From NCBI GenBank assembly GCA_020184695.1, contig JAANOX010000081.1, positions 62,001 through 126,000 on the forward strand: a stretch of DNA of 64,000 bases, written 5' to 3'. Made by a program: the position numbers and the translations under genes. The notes beneath the pieces were generated by a model that did not search any database, was not told the origin of the DNA, and saw only the letters and a list, made by a program, of their open reading frames with translations. The DNA comes from Histomonas meleagridis 2922-C6/04-290x (lineage: Eukaryota; Protista; Parabasalia). The stretch's first letter is position 1. Each line of letters begins with the position of its first letter. This document shows, piece after piece, positions 1 to 10,836 of the stretch.

Positions 1-746
1 TAATTGGAATATGGTTCTTTTAACGAATTAGGAGTAATAGGAAATCTTTCTTCAACAATGCTTTTGTCTGTACTTAAAGAAAACGAAAATATCTTTTGGA
101 ACAACATCATTATTTCTTTTAATAATGAATTATCAGGTGTATTTAAAACGTGCTCTAATACGCATTGAACACTAGCAAATATTTTTGGTAAATAGGCTTC
201 ACCAAAAATGAACTTAACTTCAGGAGAATTAGACGTTGCTAATCTCAATAGAATTTGAAGATAAATATTAATTCCTTTTTCTAAGTATGGTCCATTTTCT
301 GTTGGATTAAATAAAATTGAAATGCGTGAAAGAATTTCATTAATCAAAGGTGATGGAGGATTCAGCTGAATAAATTTTTCAAAAATTAGAGCAATTACGC
401 CTGAGCAATCAATCGTGAAGTGTTGACATACCTCCTTATATTTTTCATAGAAATCAGTTAAAAAATGAAATACTGTTTCAAAAACATGTAAAGTAAAATC
501 TGTTGACCATGAACCAACAAAATTTTTTGTAATTTGTAAAACTGAGTTTGATGCGAAAGCAAGGAGATAATTTTTATTGGCGTGTAACTCTGGGGTTGAT
601 ATGATCTGAAAACAAATATGAATATTATCTAAGTTTTGTTGAAAATTATCAATATTTTTATTTAAAAATTCTGAATGTTCCTGGCTGCCATAAAAAGCTT
701 CTGCCATTTTGCTAATTTCTCCAAGTTTTGCTGGATTGATTTCCAT
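1..746 (-). CDS. 5' part of a helical-repeat protein, possibly importin-beta/exportin (Xpo7-like) family; runs off the window edge
   Basis: Not in the ORF track. My translation from ATG at 746 (MEINPAKLGEISKMAEAFYGSQEHSEF...YLLAFASNSVLQITKNFVGSW...) stays open to base 1. The family call rests on loose N-terminal resemblance only. Confidence 0.45.
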   Translation of the reverse strand, partial: MEINPAKLGEISKMAEAFYGSQEHSEFLNKNIDNFQQNLDNIHICFQIISTPELHANKNYLLAFASNSVLQITKNFVGSWSTDFTLHVFETVFHFLTDFYEKYKEVCQHFTIDCSGVIALIFEKFIQLNPPSPLINEILSRISILFNPTENGPYLEKGINIYLQILLRLATSNSPEVKFIFGEAYLPKIFASVQCVLEHVLNTPDNSLLKEIMMLFQKIFSFSLSTDKSIVEERFPITPNSLKEPYSN

Positions 747-1228
747 TTTTTTTGAGAAAGGGTGAACGTTAATTTTTCATCAATGAAAACATCTGATTTA
801 TGAGCTTTGGATGAATTTTGTCACCAATTGATATTATGAAAAGAAATGAATATAAGTTAACTTAAAAAAATTTGTATCTACTTATAAATAAACAATATAA
901 GGTAAGTCTAATTCATTTGCTCAGTTAAAAAATTTTTGTTTGCATAGTGGTGAAAAATATGATGATAACAAGAATACATTACATTTTGATTACAAACAAT
1001 ATGAGATCACTGGTGGTTGCATATCACTAGTACTTTATGGAAATGATATTAAAGAGTCAGTCCTATAAAGGTTTCCTTTATAAAAAGCTTTTATATTTTT
1101 TATATGTAAGAATATAATTTTTTTTCATTTTTAAATCATTTATAATAGATAAAGATATTGATATTTTTTTAATTTTTAATTCAATGAAAAATGGGACAAA
1201 CATTAAAAATGATTTATTTAAACTATTT

Positions 1229-1720
1229 GATACTTTAAAAACTTTTTCCCATTTAAACATTATTAATTAAAAAGAATATTTTGAAACCTCGAAAAATATT
1301 ATTCTTGTTATGGAATTTGCTGAAGGCGGTGATTTATCTCAAATGATAAATCACTTCAAACAAGAAAAAACATTCATTCCAAAAGATAAGATAATACGCT
1401 ACTTTCAACAAATGGCATTTGGCGTTTAATATCTTCATCATAAAAAAATAATTCATCGTGACTTAAAAACCCAAAATACATTTCTTACCAAATCAGACAA
1501 AATCAAAGTGGGTGATCTTGATGATATAAAAATCCTAGAAACTCTTCATCAAAATTGTATAACAGCTGCAAGAACATATGCTTATATGTCATCAGAACTT
1601 GTTAGTTTTCGGTCATATGATTTCAAAACAGATATATGGTCATTAGGATGCATTCATTATGAATTATGTACACTTATTACTTGAGCCTCCATTTAAGACA
1701 AATGGAATATCAAATACGTA
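1229..1720 (+). pseudogene. NEK-like Ser/Thr protein kinase pseudogene fragment
   Basis: Translates as HLNIIN*KEYFETSKNIILVMEFAEGGDLS...GV*YLHHKKIIHRDLKTQNTFL...KVGDL...DIWSLGC. It has in-frame TAA at 1268 and 1427, a degraded DFG/APE, and a later frameshift. Confidence 0.85.
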
Positions 1721-1828
1721 TTCGTAAATTAACATTAAAAGAAAATATAATTTAATTTTCATTATATTCATACTTCCGTTTTACATCTAAAAATTAAAAC
1801 CAAAATTTTTATTAATTAAATTCTTTCT

Positions 1829-2458
1829 TCATGCGTCTAATTCAACTTGTGTATTTCTTTCAAAATTCTTTACCATAGAATTGATATCGAAAATGAATAA
1901 TTTCTTAGAAAGAAAAGCATCGAAAATCATTTTCCTGTAATCATTAATGAAAACTTTCGCTTTTGATGATGTAAACACAATCGAAGACTTCATTTGGTTC
2001 GCATACTTCTGCGCATTCTTTAAGTAATCAACAAACTCTGTGGGACTAAGCGAAGATAATAAATCAGAGCAACATCCAACAATGATAAATTGTGCAGAGC
2101 CATATTTCGTTTTTTCAAATTTCTTTTTAAATTCTTGCAACTTCTTTAGTCTTGGTGATCTTTCTGCTGCAAAACATAAGAAAACAAATTCAAAATTAAT
2201 GTCATCAATTTTCCATAAAAAATCGATGTCCTTCATTTGTAGTTCCCATAAATGTAATACTAACTCAATGTTCTTGATTTGGTGTGTTGAGGAAGAACAT
2301 TCAATTCCAATTGTTGGAAGAGATTCTAAAACAAAATCTTGCCCTGGCTGACTATGCAATGCACGTATGAGCCCTGTTTTACCAATATTACTTTCGCCAA
2401 CAACAAGGCAATTCAATTCTAATTTTCTGTGTTCCGTTTGTTCCGTGTGAGATTCCAT
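1829..2458 (-). CDS. Divergent Ras-superfamily small GTPase, Spg1/Tem1-like
   Basis: P-loop GESNIGKT and PTIG switch. G3 (WELQ) and G4 (GCCSD) are degenerate. AQKYANQMKSSIVFTSSK resembles Spg1/Tem1. No prenylation motif. Confidence 0.6.
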   Translation of the reverse strand: MESHTEQTEHRKLELNCLVVGESNIGKTGLIRALHSQPGQDFVLESLPTIGIECSSSTHQIKNIELVLHLWELQMKDIDFLWKIDDINFEFVFLCFAAERSPRLKKLQEFKKKFEKTKYGSAQFIIVGCCSDLLSSLSPTEFVDYLKNAQKYANQMKSSIVFTSSKAKVFINDYRKMIFDAFLSKKLFIFDINSMVKNFERNTQVELDA

Positions 2459-2851
2459 TTCTCCCGTGTGAATTCCGTCTGAAATTTCAACGGAAGCACA
2501 TCAAAAATTCAATTAAAAATCAAACTTTTTCTTTGCAAAATCACATGTCAAAACCCCACAAAATTAACGTTCTCAGTAACGAGTGAAATAACCGTTAAAG
2601 ATTTTTTCGATTCATTTTGGTTTTATTGAAGTGACTCCAATAAAAAAATTCGCTTCGAACTAATAACTTACAGAATATTCATCCCATATAAAATAGCATA
2701 TATAATTTAATCATAACACCGACATAAATCTAAAAAATGTTTGTAATCAATGTTACATAACAAGTTTGAATTGAGGACGATCATATAAATAATGGAAAAT
2801 GGTATGGAACGATTGCTTTGCATTCAATTTGTTTCTTGCACTGACTTGTTT

Positions 2852-2885
2852 AGCGGTTTATACGGTTTGGCCGTGCCTTTTAAAG
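2852..2885 (+). promoter_or_regulatory. Two M3-like (Myb-type RCGGTT) motifs plus M5 (CCTTT) core promoter of RPL34
   Basis: AGCGGTTT (2852), TACGGTTT (2861) and CCTTT (2876), ending 5 nt before the ATG. These match the M3/M5 elements known from Trichomonas vaginalis. Confidence 0.65.
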
Positions 2886-3260
2886 ATGGGTGATAATCGT
2901 TACACACTTCGTCGTAGCAATCCATACCACACGCTCCGCAATCGCGTTGTCCCAGTTCGCACACCAGGAAACAGGCTCGTTGCACATTACATCAAAAAGC
3001 GCGTGAAGGGCATGATATGCGGTGAAACCGGAAAACCACTTCCAGGTATCAAGCACTTACCAACAAAGAAGCTTGCTAGGTTACCTAAGCACAAGCGTAC
3101 AGTATCCCGTCCATATGGTGGTGTTTATTGTGCATCTGTTGTTAAAGAAAGGATCATAAATGCTTTCATGGAAGAAGAAGCAAGAGCAGCCGCTGAAAGA
3201 AAGGCTGCAGCTGAAAAGAAGGCAGCTGCTGAAAACAAAGGCAAGAAAGGTGGTAAATAA
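2886..3260 (+). CDS. RPL34: 60S ribosomal protein L34 (eL34)
   Basis: RYTLRRSNPYHT...RTPGNRLV...CGETGKPLPGI...VSRPYGGVYCASVVKERIINAF. The second ATG (2886) follows the M5 motif. Confidence 0.95.
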   Translation: MGDNRYTLRRSNPYHTLRNRVVPVRTPGNRLVAHYIKKRVKGMICGETGKPLPGIKHLPTKKLARLPKHKRTVSRPYGGVYCASVVKERIINAFMEEEARAAAERKAAAEKKAAAENKGKKGGK

Positions 3261-4018
3261 ATGATTTCGATATCAACAAATATATGCATATATTTTTCTT
3301 AAATACTCTTGAATAATGGTAAATTATAAATTAGAGACTTTACCCCACGAAATTTCAATCTCTAAATGAAGCTCAAGATTTAGATTTCTTCAGATTACAA
3401 CATTGGCTACGGGGTGCCCCTTATTGATTGAAAAAGTGAGTTAGTTAGATACAAGTCTCGAAATTTGCTATAATATCAAAGTCAAGAAATAATAAGAATA
3501 ATTATTTAAGAAGGTAAACAGAGGATGTGAATAAAATTAATTTTATTGAATTCATTTTGATTGTATTGTTTTACTTAAATGTATTACAAACGAAGTAATT
3601 ACAACAATGATTTTAATTAAATATTTATTTTATGTGAATAAGTTGAGAAATCTTTTGGTATTTTCAAAATATAAGATGTTAGTACTCAAAAATATTTTTA
3701 TTTTTATTATGTTTGATATTGATGAATATATATTGTATAATCCAATTTAATGATCTTATTTGAAGATCAAACTTATTTGTTTCTTCTGTCCAACAATAAA
3801 TTTTGTTTAATCAAAAAATTATTAAAAAATTGTGGCTTTTATTTACTTTTTTTAATTGTATTATGGAATATATCAAATATTTGGATAAGATTTTGTGATT
3901 TATCTTCGAAACCACATTTATTTCTTTTTTACACAAATCCTTTGTCCAATGCAAACTCATCATCGTGAAAATATTTCCAAAGCAAAAACAATATTTTACT
4001 TAATTTTAAATTTGTAAA

Positions 4019-5101
4019 TTATCCATTTTTAAGCTGGAGTACCATAAATATTTTAGAACCAGAAACAATTTCACATTCACCAATTGTTTGATCATCCCTT
4101 AACACTTTTGCATTAAAAACAAGTTTTTTTGGGCCATGATCTCCTATTTTATATTGAATTTTATTTTTTAATTCTTGAATTGTTTCATTTGAGCTCACTT
4201 CAAATTCAATTACTTTACCATTTAAAGTCCTCACAAATATTGGAAATGAATTTTGTTTTGCTGGGTTTAAGTTGAGTGGTAAATTACCAGAAGAACCAAA
4301 TCCATTAATTCCTCGCGATGTATCGCCAATTTCATTTACTTCCTCAACATCAGTAACAGCTAGTGGTCTCACAATCATCTGTGCCACTCTTGCTGGTAAT
4401 TGCATTTCATCAGCTTCTTTTGATATTTTGAACATTGGAACACACAGCTCTCCTCTATATTGCGCGTCAATTATACCAACACTGTTTGCAAGCGCCCATC
4501 CCATTTTTGCTGTACTCGATCTTGCTACAAGATCAATATAAAAACCATCAGGTGGTCGAACTTTTAACCCTGTTCCAAACAATACTACTCCAGGCCCAAA
4601 GTTTGGGTTTACAACTCGGATTATTGTTACATCAAATCCAGAGTCCAGTGGATGAGCTTTGGCTGGAAGCACAGCATTTGGTAATGTTCTTTGTACTTTA
4701 AGAGATGAATAAGATTGTCGAAGAATGGAAACCGCTTTTCCATATTTTTGAGCAAATGTGGCAGTAATGCCTTGTTTTTGTTGAATTTGTTCCCAGAGGT
4801 TTTCAACAGCATAAAGAGCATCACCACCATACCAATTAAGAATTGCACGAGATTGAGAAGTGGTTTCGATTTTGTTAGGTGGTGTTTTTAATTCAGTGAG
4901 GTGAGGAAGAAGTGAACTATCGATGATAGCTTCAGCTATTACAAGTGATTCTTTAATATTAAATGATATTGTTTCAGCAATGGCATTGCCTATGTTAATT
5001 GTTGTGGACGATGTTGCATCAAGATAATTTATTTCCCCATTGAATTGTGTTGCTTTATCCAGCATATTTTCGTTGGAAGTGTTGACTCCTTTTTCTTCCA
5101 T
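4019..5101 (-). CDS. DUT: dUTPase with an N-terminal extension and a C-terminal ubiquitin-like domain
   Basis: dUTPase motifs SGFDV, ARSS, NSVGIIDAQYRGEL, RVAQMIV and RGINGFGSSG, followed by IFVRTLNGKVIEFEVSSNETIQELKNKIQ...LVFNAKVLRDDQTI...IFMVLQLKNG (ubiquitin fold). Confidence 0.85.
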   Translation of the reverse strand: MEEKGVNTSNENMLDKATQFNGEINYLDATSSTTINIGNAIAETISFNIKESLVIAEAIIDSSLLPHLTELKTPPNKIETTSQSRAILNWYGGDALYAVENLWEQIQQKQGITATFAQKYGKAVSILRQSYSSLKVQRTLPNAVLPAKAHPLDSGFDVTIIRVVNPNFGPGVVLFGTGLKVRPPDGFYIDLVARSSTAKMGWALANSVGIIDAQYRGELCVPMFKISKEADEMQLPARVAQMIVRPLAVTDVEEVNEIGDTSRGINGFGSSGNLPLNLNPAKQNSFPIFVRTLNGKVIEFEVSSNETIQELKNKIQYKIGDHGPKKLVFNAKVLRDDQTIGECEIVSGSKIFMVLQLKNG

Positions 5102-5443
5102 ATGTTTCTGGTGACTCCATCACCCGCCAAAATCGCTCTTTCTGAAAAAGTTTATAATTGAATTATATTTGGTCGGAGACTTCACAAATCCACAATCAAT
5201 AGCAGATCAAATCTTATTGAAAATTTTTGTTTTCTTTATTTCCCGCCTTGCCGATTACTTTATTCATCTCAAGAAAATTTCCTTTCAAAACAGTGTCTCC
5301 TTGATCAAGGAGAATTTATATCAACAAACAAAGAGTTAGAAAAAAATTTGTGAGTGTAATTATAACAATCTTTTTTATTAAAAACAATCTAAATAAAGCT
5401 TTATATTGTATGTCTTCTAATTAAAATCAAATTCAATGCTTCC

Positions 5444-7122
5444 TTAAAATTCAGCGAATCTTAAAATTGGTGATTTACTTCCTCTGATCAAAGGATATAT
5501 TCTTTGGAACTTTTTCGGTATATCAATTTCGTTCAGTTTCTGGTTATTTAACACTGCCTTTTGTATTATTCCCATTTGGGCATAATTTGTCAAATTCATT
5601 TTCATCATGATTTTATCTTCAACTTCTAAATCTTCCCAATGATCCATAATTGGACTCAGCCATCGACTCTGGTATAAAACTCGGCACAAAATTTTACATT
5701 TTGGGTTGATTATAACACAATCACAATTTTGACAATCAATTTCAATCGATTCTGTTTCCATTAAAATTCTTTCTTTAGACACATTTCCACTTGAGTATTT
5801 CCATATTTCAAGAGGAATTGCCCATTTTTGCTGAGAAAATGTGCTGGATGTAGAGAATCTCATCTGATGGAGAACACATTCATTGTCAAGCACAAGAAGA
5901 GGGTAACCTGGTTGTGATGCCCAGGAGTCAATAAATTTGTTGGTTGAGGCATCAAAGGATTCTTCAAATGATTTTTGATCTGAAAGAAATTCTAAAATTC
6001 CCTTTTTGAAATCGCCTTCGCCTATTAAGTCATGAATCATTTTCACTAAACATGTTGATTTCTTTATTGATAACTCAGGGATTTCATTATCTTCATCAAG
6101 TTCAATCAAGGAGCTATCGTTAAGCAATAAACCATTGAAAAGCGTATCGTTCTGAATTACAAAAAGAAATTTTTCAAAAAATGGATCAGCAACTTCTGGA
6201 AATAGTTGCTTAAAGTAAATAGTAGAAACAAAATCTGCTATTCCTTCTAAATACCAATATGCGTTAGAATTATTTATAGTCAAAATCATGTACATCGCAA
6301 TTTGCTTAAGAACATATTTTTTGTTTTCCTGAGTAAAATCAACAAAAAGATCTTGATCAAGGAAAAGAACTCCAGTTGTGGCATTTCCACTTTGAGGATA
6401 TCCTGGAATTAAAACAATTTGATGAACTTGAATTTTTGATTCAAAAAATGCGTCATAAAAAGTGACAGCGCCGATTACAAAATTTGTTTCATCAAACGAT
6501 GTATCAGCAGAGAGATAAACTTCAATTGTTGTACCATTTTGAGTGATAAGATCTATGACATTAAAGTATCCAATTGCAAAGCCCAAAAAATATGAACGAA
6601 TTGTTGTGGGTGGAAAAACAAAATTATATTTCTTTAAAATTGGTTGAATATTTGGTGGAGATGAAGAAGAAACAACATACTGGCTTTCATTCGGAACAGC
6701 AATTGATAATTTAAATGAAACAATGTTATTGGTTTCAAGGGATGGAATAAACATATTCAAAAAAGATGGAAAAAAGCGTGTTGCTATAATGTTGTTAGGA
6801 TAAGTTGATATACCAGTGGATTCATCATTTATGGAAATTTCGTAAACAATGACCAAATGTGTCAGTAAAAAGTCTTGACAAAAAATATGTAACTTCTCTG
6901 TCAACTTGTCGTGCAAGAACTTTAGCTCGTTGCCTTTTTGGCGAATGCTTTTAATTATAAGTGAAGAATGAGCATTCAAATTAACTAAATTATTTTTGGG
7001 TTGCTTGCCTTCAAATGTAATAAACAGTGTAAACAAAAGTTTTTGTTCATCATTTAATACTATGTTGGCAATATATTTTGCTGGGAAAACTTCTTCCAAA
7101 ACTTTTTAATCTCAAATGACAT
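5444..7122 (-). CDS. M1 aminopeptidase-family homologue lacking HEXXH (pseudopeptidase); 1-nt frameshift after the first codons
   Basis: RFFPSF, YFLGFAIG, WYLEGIADF, YxK-like SKKSTCLVKMI and WASQPGYPLL match the M1 scaffold. VLKQIAM replaces VxHExxH. ATG at 7122 joins the long ORF only if one A is added to an A5 run. Confidence 0.7.
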
Positions 7123-7548
7123 ACACTGTGAATTATTTCACTCGAAATAAAGTATACAAAACAATTTTATTCACCAGATAACATTTCCGAACGATATAAT
7201 TTATTTGAAAGGTTAATCATCGTTTTTTATTCAATTTTGCCTAAAACTTGACACTTCACTTTGGTATTTTGGAACTTCTTCTGAATCATCCGCAAAATTA
7301 TGATATTTCGATTTCATTTATAAATCTATGACATCACGCCATTAATTTTTGACCAAAGAGACACAATAATTATTCAAGGAAACGATTATTTTATTCATTT
7401 TATTTCGCTTGATATATCACTTTTTTGGTAACGTTTTCAATCAAAAACATGAGGATAGGTTATTCATTGAATTTTTCTATCGAATGAGTGTTTTCAATTC
7501 AATTTAAATTTCAAAACATTCTGTGTAAAACACTCAAAGTTACGCAAA

Positions 7549-8859
7549 ATGGAAAATGAAGACAAAACACAAGAAGAAGAATATGATTTCGAAAATATTG
7601 ATGACCAAGACTTCTGCGAAGACATTCCTCCATCTGAAGGTAGTGTTGTCAAATTCCTACTAAAACAACTTCATATTGGTATGAGTTTATCCCAAATCAC
7701 ACTTCCTACTTTCATTCTTGAGCCACGTTCCACACTGGAACGTTTTACAGATTGGATGGCACATGCTGATATTCTAAGGAAGATCAAAGATGAACCTGAT
7801 CCATACTATCGTTGTCTTCATCTTTGCACTTGGATTGTTGCAGGATTCCATCTCGGCTCTCTCCGGCCTACTAAGCCATATAACTCTGTTATTGGTGAAG
7901 TGTATCGTTCAGTCCTGGTTGATAATAATGATAAAATAATTGGCCAATATATGGCTGAGCAAGTATCACATCATCCTCCCATTTCTGCTTTTCATTACCG
8001 TGATCCTGTTGGTGGAGTTGTTATATGGGGTCATACTGAAATGCGTTCCAAATTCCTCTACAACTCCATAGCAGCTCTTATGGACCATGAGAACACCCGT
8101 GTTAATCTCGAAATTCCAAGTCTCGGCGAGACATATGAATTTAATTTCCCCAATATGTATGGCCGTGGAATCTTATTTGGTAAAATGCGAATGGAAATCT
8201 GTGGGCAAGTTCGTGTTTCATGTAAGAAGACTGATATCAATGGTGTAATTGATTTCCTTATGAAGCCACTTTTCCGTAAACGATACAATCAGTTCAAAGG
8301 TCAAATTTGGAGCACACGAATTCATCCAGCTATAACCTTTAAAGGTCGCTGGACAGCCTATATGAAATGTGTTGACAAGCGGAATGGCAAAATTATGGTA
8401 CCATTTGATGTTCGACGCATTGTTCCATTACGTATTGTTTCACCTCCCATTGAAGAACAATGTGAATTTGAGTCACAATACATATGGCAATGCGTATCGC
8501 ATTATATCAAGGAAAAAGATTCTGCTAATGCGACAATACATAAATTAGCGATTGAAGAAAAGCAAAGAAAAGAAAGGGAATTCTTCGACGAGAATAACAT
8601 CCAATGGGAATTGCAAGTGTTCCACTTTGACCAGAGGATGAAAAGGTTTGTTCCGAATAATTTGGATCTGACACCTCGCAACGATAGCGATAATAATGAG
8701 CAAATCGAAATGCCAGAGAAGTTCCACGTGCCAGTGCCGGTGGTAAGGGCGCTGGAATGTGGCGCAACTGTGTCATTTAGTCAACTTCAAAGAGAAACAG
8801 AAAAGAAAATTAGCACAGATCACCCTTTTGTCTTCGATGACGAAAATGAATCAGATTAA
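7549..8859 (+). CDS. Oxysterol-binding protein (OSBP/ORP)
   Basis: Signature EQVSHHPPISAF, LSQITLPTFILEPRSTLER, KPYNSVIGE and KLAIEEKQR. Confidence 0.95.
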   Translation: MENEDKTQEEEYDFENIDDQDFCEDIPPSEGSVVKFLLKQLHIGMSLSQITLPTFILEPRSTLERFTDWMAHADILRKIKDEPDPYYRCLHLCTWIVAGFHLGSLRPTKPYNSVIGEVYRSVLVDNNDKIIGQYMAEQVSHHPPISAFHYRDPVGGVVIWGHTEMRSKFLYNSIAALMDHENTRVNLEIPSLGETYEFNFPNMYGRGILFGKMRMEICGQVRVSCKKTDINGVIDFLMKPLFRKRYNQFKGQIWSTRIHPAITFKGRWTAYMKCVDKRNGKIMVPFDVRRIVPLRIVSPPIEEQCEFESQYIWQCVSHYIKEKDSANATIHKLAIEEKQRKEREFFDENNIQWELQVFHFDQRMKRFVPNNLDLTPRNDSDNNEQIEMPEKFHVPVPVVRALECGATVSFSQLQRETEKKISTDHPFVFDDENESD

Positions 8860-10005
8860 GTCTTTAAGTAAAAATAATGTAAATTCTTGAATTCGAAATT
8901 TTTGCGATCAAATTGGCACTGCAGTGAAAAACCTGTAGACCGACACCTTATTATAATCCACGCCTATATTGTAGCATTATTCATAGAGAACATATTCAGT
9001 AATACATATTTAATGAATTTCTTTTCATTTAATTTTTGCGATATTCCGATTTTTACTCACTTCACTATGGAGAACGTTAACACGAAAAAAAAAATTTTTC
9101 TCGGTTTTCTTTAAATATTTAAATTAATTCATATTTTTGGAACTGAACATATGTTAAAATTTTGATTTGCTAACAAACTATGTAAAGATTTATGATTTAT
9201 CTAAAATTTTGTTGTCGGTCTACAAATTTTTCACTGCAGTCTACTTCATTTAAAATCAATATTACATTTCCAAACATGAACTATTTTACAAGATGCTGTT
9301 TAGAATATTGTTATAATGATTTAACCAGAATAAATAAAATTAAATCTGAAATATCAATGACGGAGGATACATATCGTTCATCTTAATTTAAAAAATTGAT
9401 ATTAATATCAATTCCTTTTTGTTCAAGAAGTAATTTAACGATTTCTGTATGACCATTTTCAGATGCATGCATAAGTGCTGTTTTAAATAATTTAAATAAT
9501 TTCCAAATATCATCTTGAAATATTAAATTATTAAAAGAAAAATAAAATAAAATAAATAAATATCTTTATCATTAATATCAATTCTTTCTTGTGTAAGAAG
9601 TAATTTAACTACTTCAATGTAACCATTAGTAGATGACCATATTAAAGATGTAGATAATAATATGAAAAAATTCCAAATATTTTTAATGGATGCCAAATAA
9701 TTAAAATAGATGATAATAGATAAAATCTAATGTCTTTAGCATTAATATCAATTCCTTTATGCATAAGAAGTTTTTTAGCAATAAAACTGTAACCATTCCG
9801 AGATGCATAAATAAGAGCTGTGGAAAACAAATTATATTAATTCCAAAAATTATTTTGTTATCCAAAATGATTAAAATAAATTTTATTTTTAGCATTTATA
9901 TCAATTCTTTCTTGTTCAAGAAGTAATTTAACTATTTCTGTATAACCATTTGAAGATGCATCCATAAGTGCTGTTTTACATAATTTAAACAATTTCCAAA
10001 TATTA

Positions 10006-10330
10006 TTTGGAAATGGGTTAATTCAGATGTCCCCCGGGGACAGTGACCATTGGTTGGTGCTAATAAACATTTTTAGACGATTTTTTAATAAATTAAACAT
10101 TGGAAGTGTCTTTTGTTCAACCTCATGGGTAGGGTATCAGTGTGTTTTTTTAAAAGCAATTTAATCGTCTTTTTAACTTTTTGTATTACCGATAAACTCA
10201 ATTTATTCGGTTTTCTCCAACTTCGAAAAAAAATCCACTGCTGAAACCCATAAATTTTCACAATGACTGTTAAAAAATTGAACACCCGGGGACTGTCCCC
10301 GAGGGACATCTGAATTAACCCATTACCAAA
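10006..10330. mobile_element. Non-autonomous TIR element (MITE), ~325 bp
   Basis: Left end TTTGGAAATGGGTTAATTCAGATGTCCCCCGGGGACAGT versus reverse-complemented right end TTTGGTAATGGGTTAATTCAGATGTCCCTCGGGGACAGT (2 mismatches in 39). Flanking TATTA direct repeats at 10001-10005 and 10331-10335. Confidence 0.8.
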
Positions 10331-10340
10331 TATTATTTTG

Positions 10341-10836
10341 AATTCTCATCAAGCCACTTTTTGAAATGAAAAAATTAAAAAAAATAATTTCGTTCACAAT
10401 TTTCAATTCGATTTAAAATTGCAAAAATTTTATTGTTTATAAGAAAGTGCCTCTGAAATTTCCATACCAGCTCTGCTCATGTCTACTGAAAATAATGTGT
10501 AAAACTATTAATGTAAGCTAGTAACGTACAACATTTCATATTCTGATTCTTTTTAAATATAATGAATGCAACCATTTTGTCATGAGTAATAGGAAATGGT
10601 TCTTCGTGTATTAGATTTATCATCACTTTGGCATAAGCAGAAATCAGCCTATCAAATGTACTTTTCGTTCCTGCTGAAACATTTGCGGCTGATATTGTAT
10701 CAGCTTCAGCAAGTAATTGCTCCATCAATGACATTTTAAATATGATTCATAAAAAAAAACTTAAAAACAATATTGAAAATTGTGAGCGAAATTACTTTTT
10801 TTAATTTTTTCATTTCAAAAAGTGTCGATGAGAATT
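10341..10836 (-). mobile_element. Second inverted-repeat element (~65-bp imperfect IRs) carrying an 83-codon ORF, possibly a tyrosine-recombinase N-terminal fragment
   Basis: 10341-10407 (aattctcatc...cacaattttcaat) is the near-perfect reverse complement of 10772-10836. The internal ORF 10483-10734 reads GTKSTFDRLISAYAK...EPFPITHDKMVAFI...TLLAYINSF. The integrase-SAM resemblance is inference. Confidence 0.55.

Noticed and set aside
1229-1720. In-frame TAA codons in the NEK fragment as evidence for a TAA=Gln genetic code
   Set aside because: The two TAAs align to different expected residues (Tyr and Gln/Lys), other motifs are degraded, and conserved genes here (RPL34, RPS26, ABCE1, UGGT) end in TAA.
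7117-7123. GTATGT donor-like site at the M1 gene start
   Set aside because: No downstream ACTAAC...AG. A one-base homopolymer indel explains the frame more simply.
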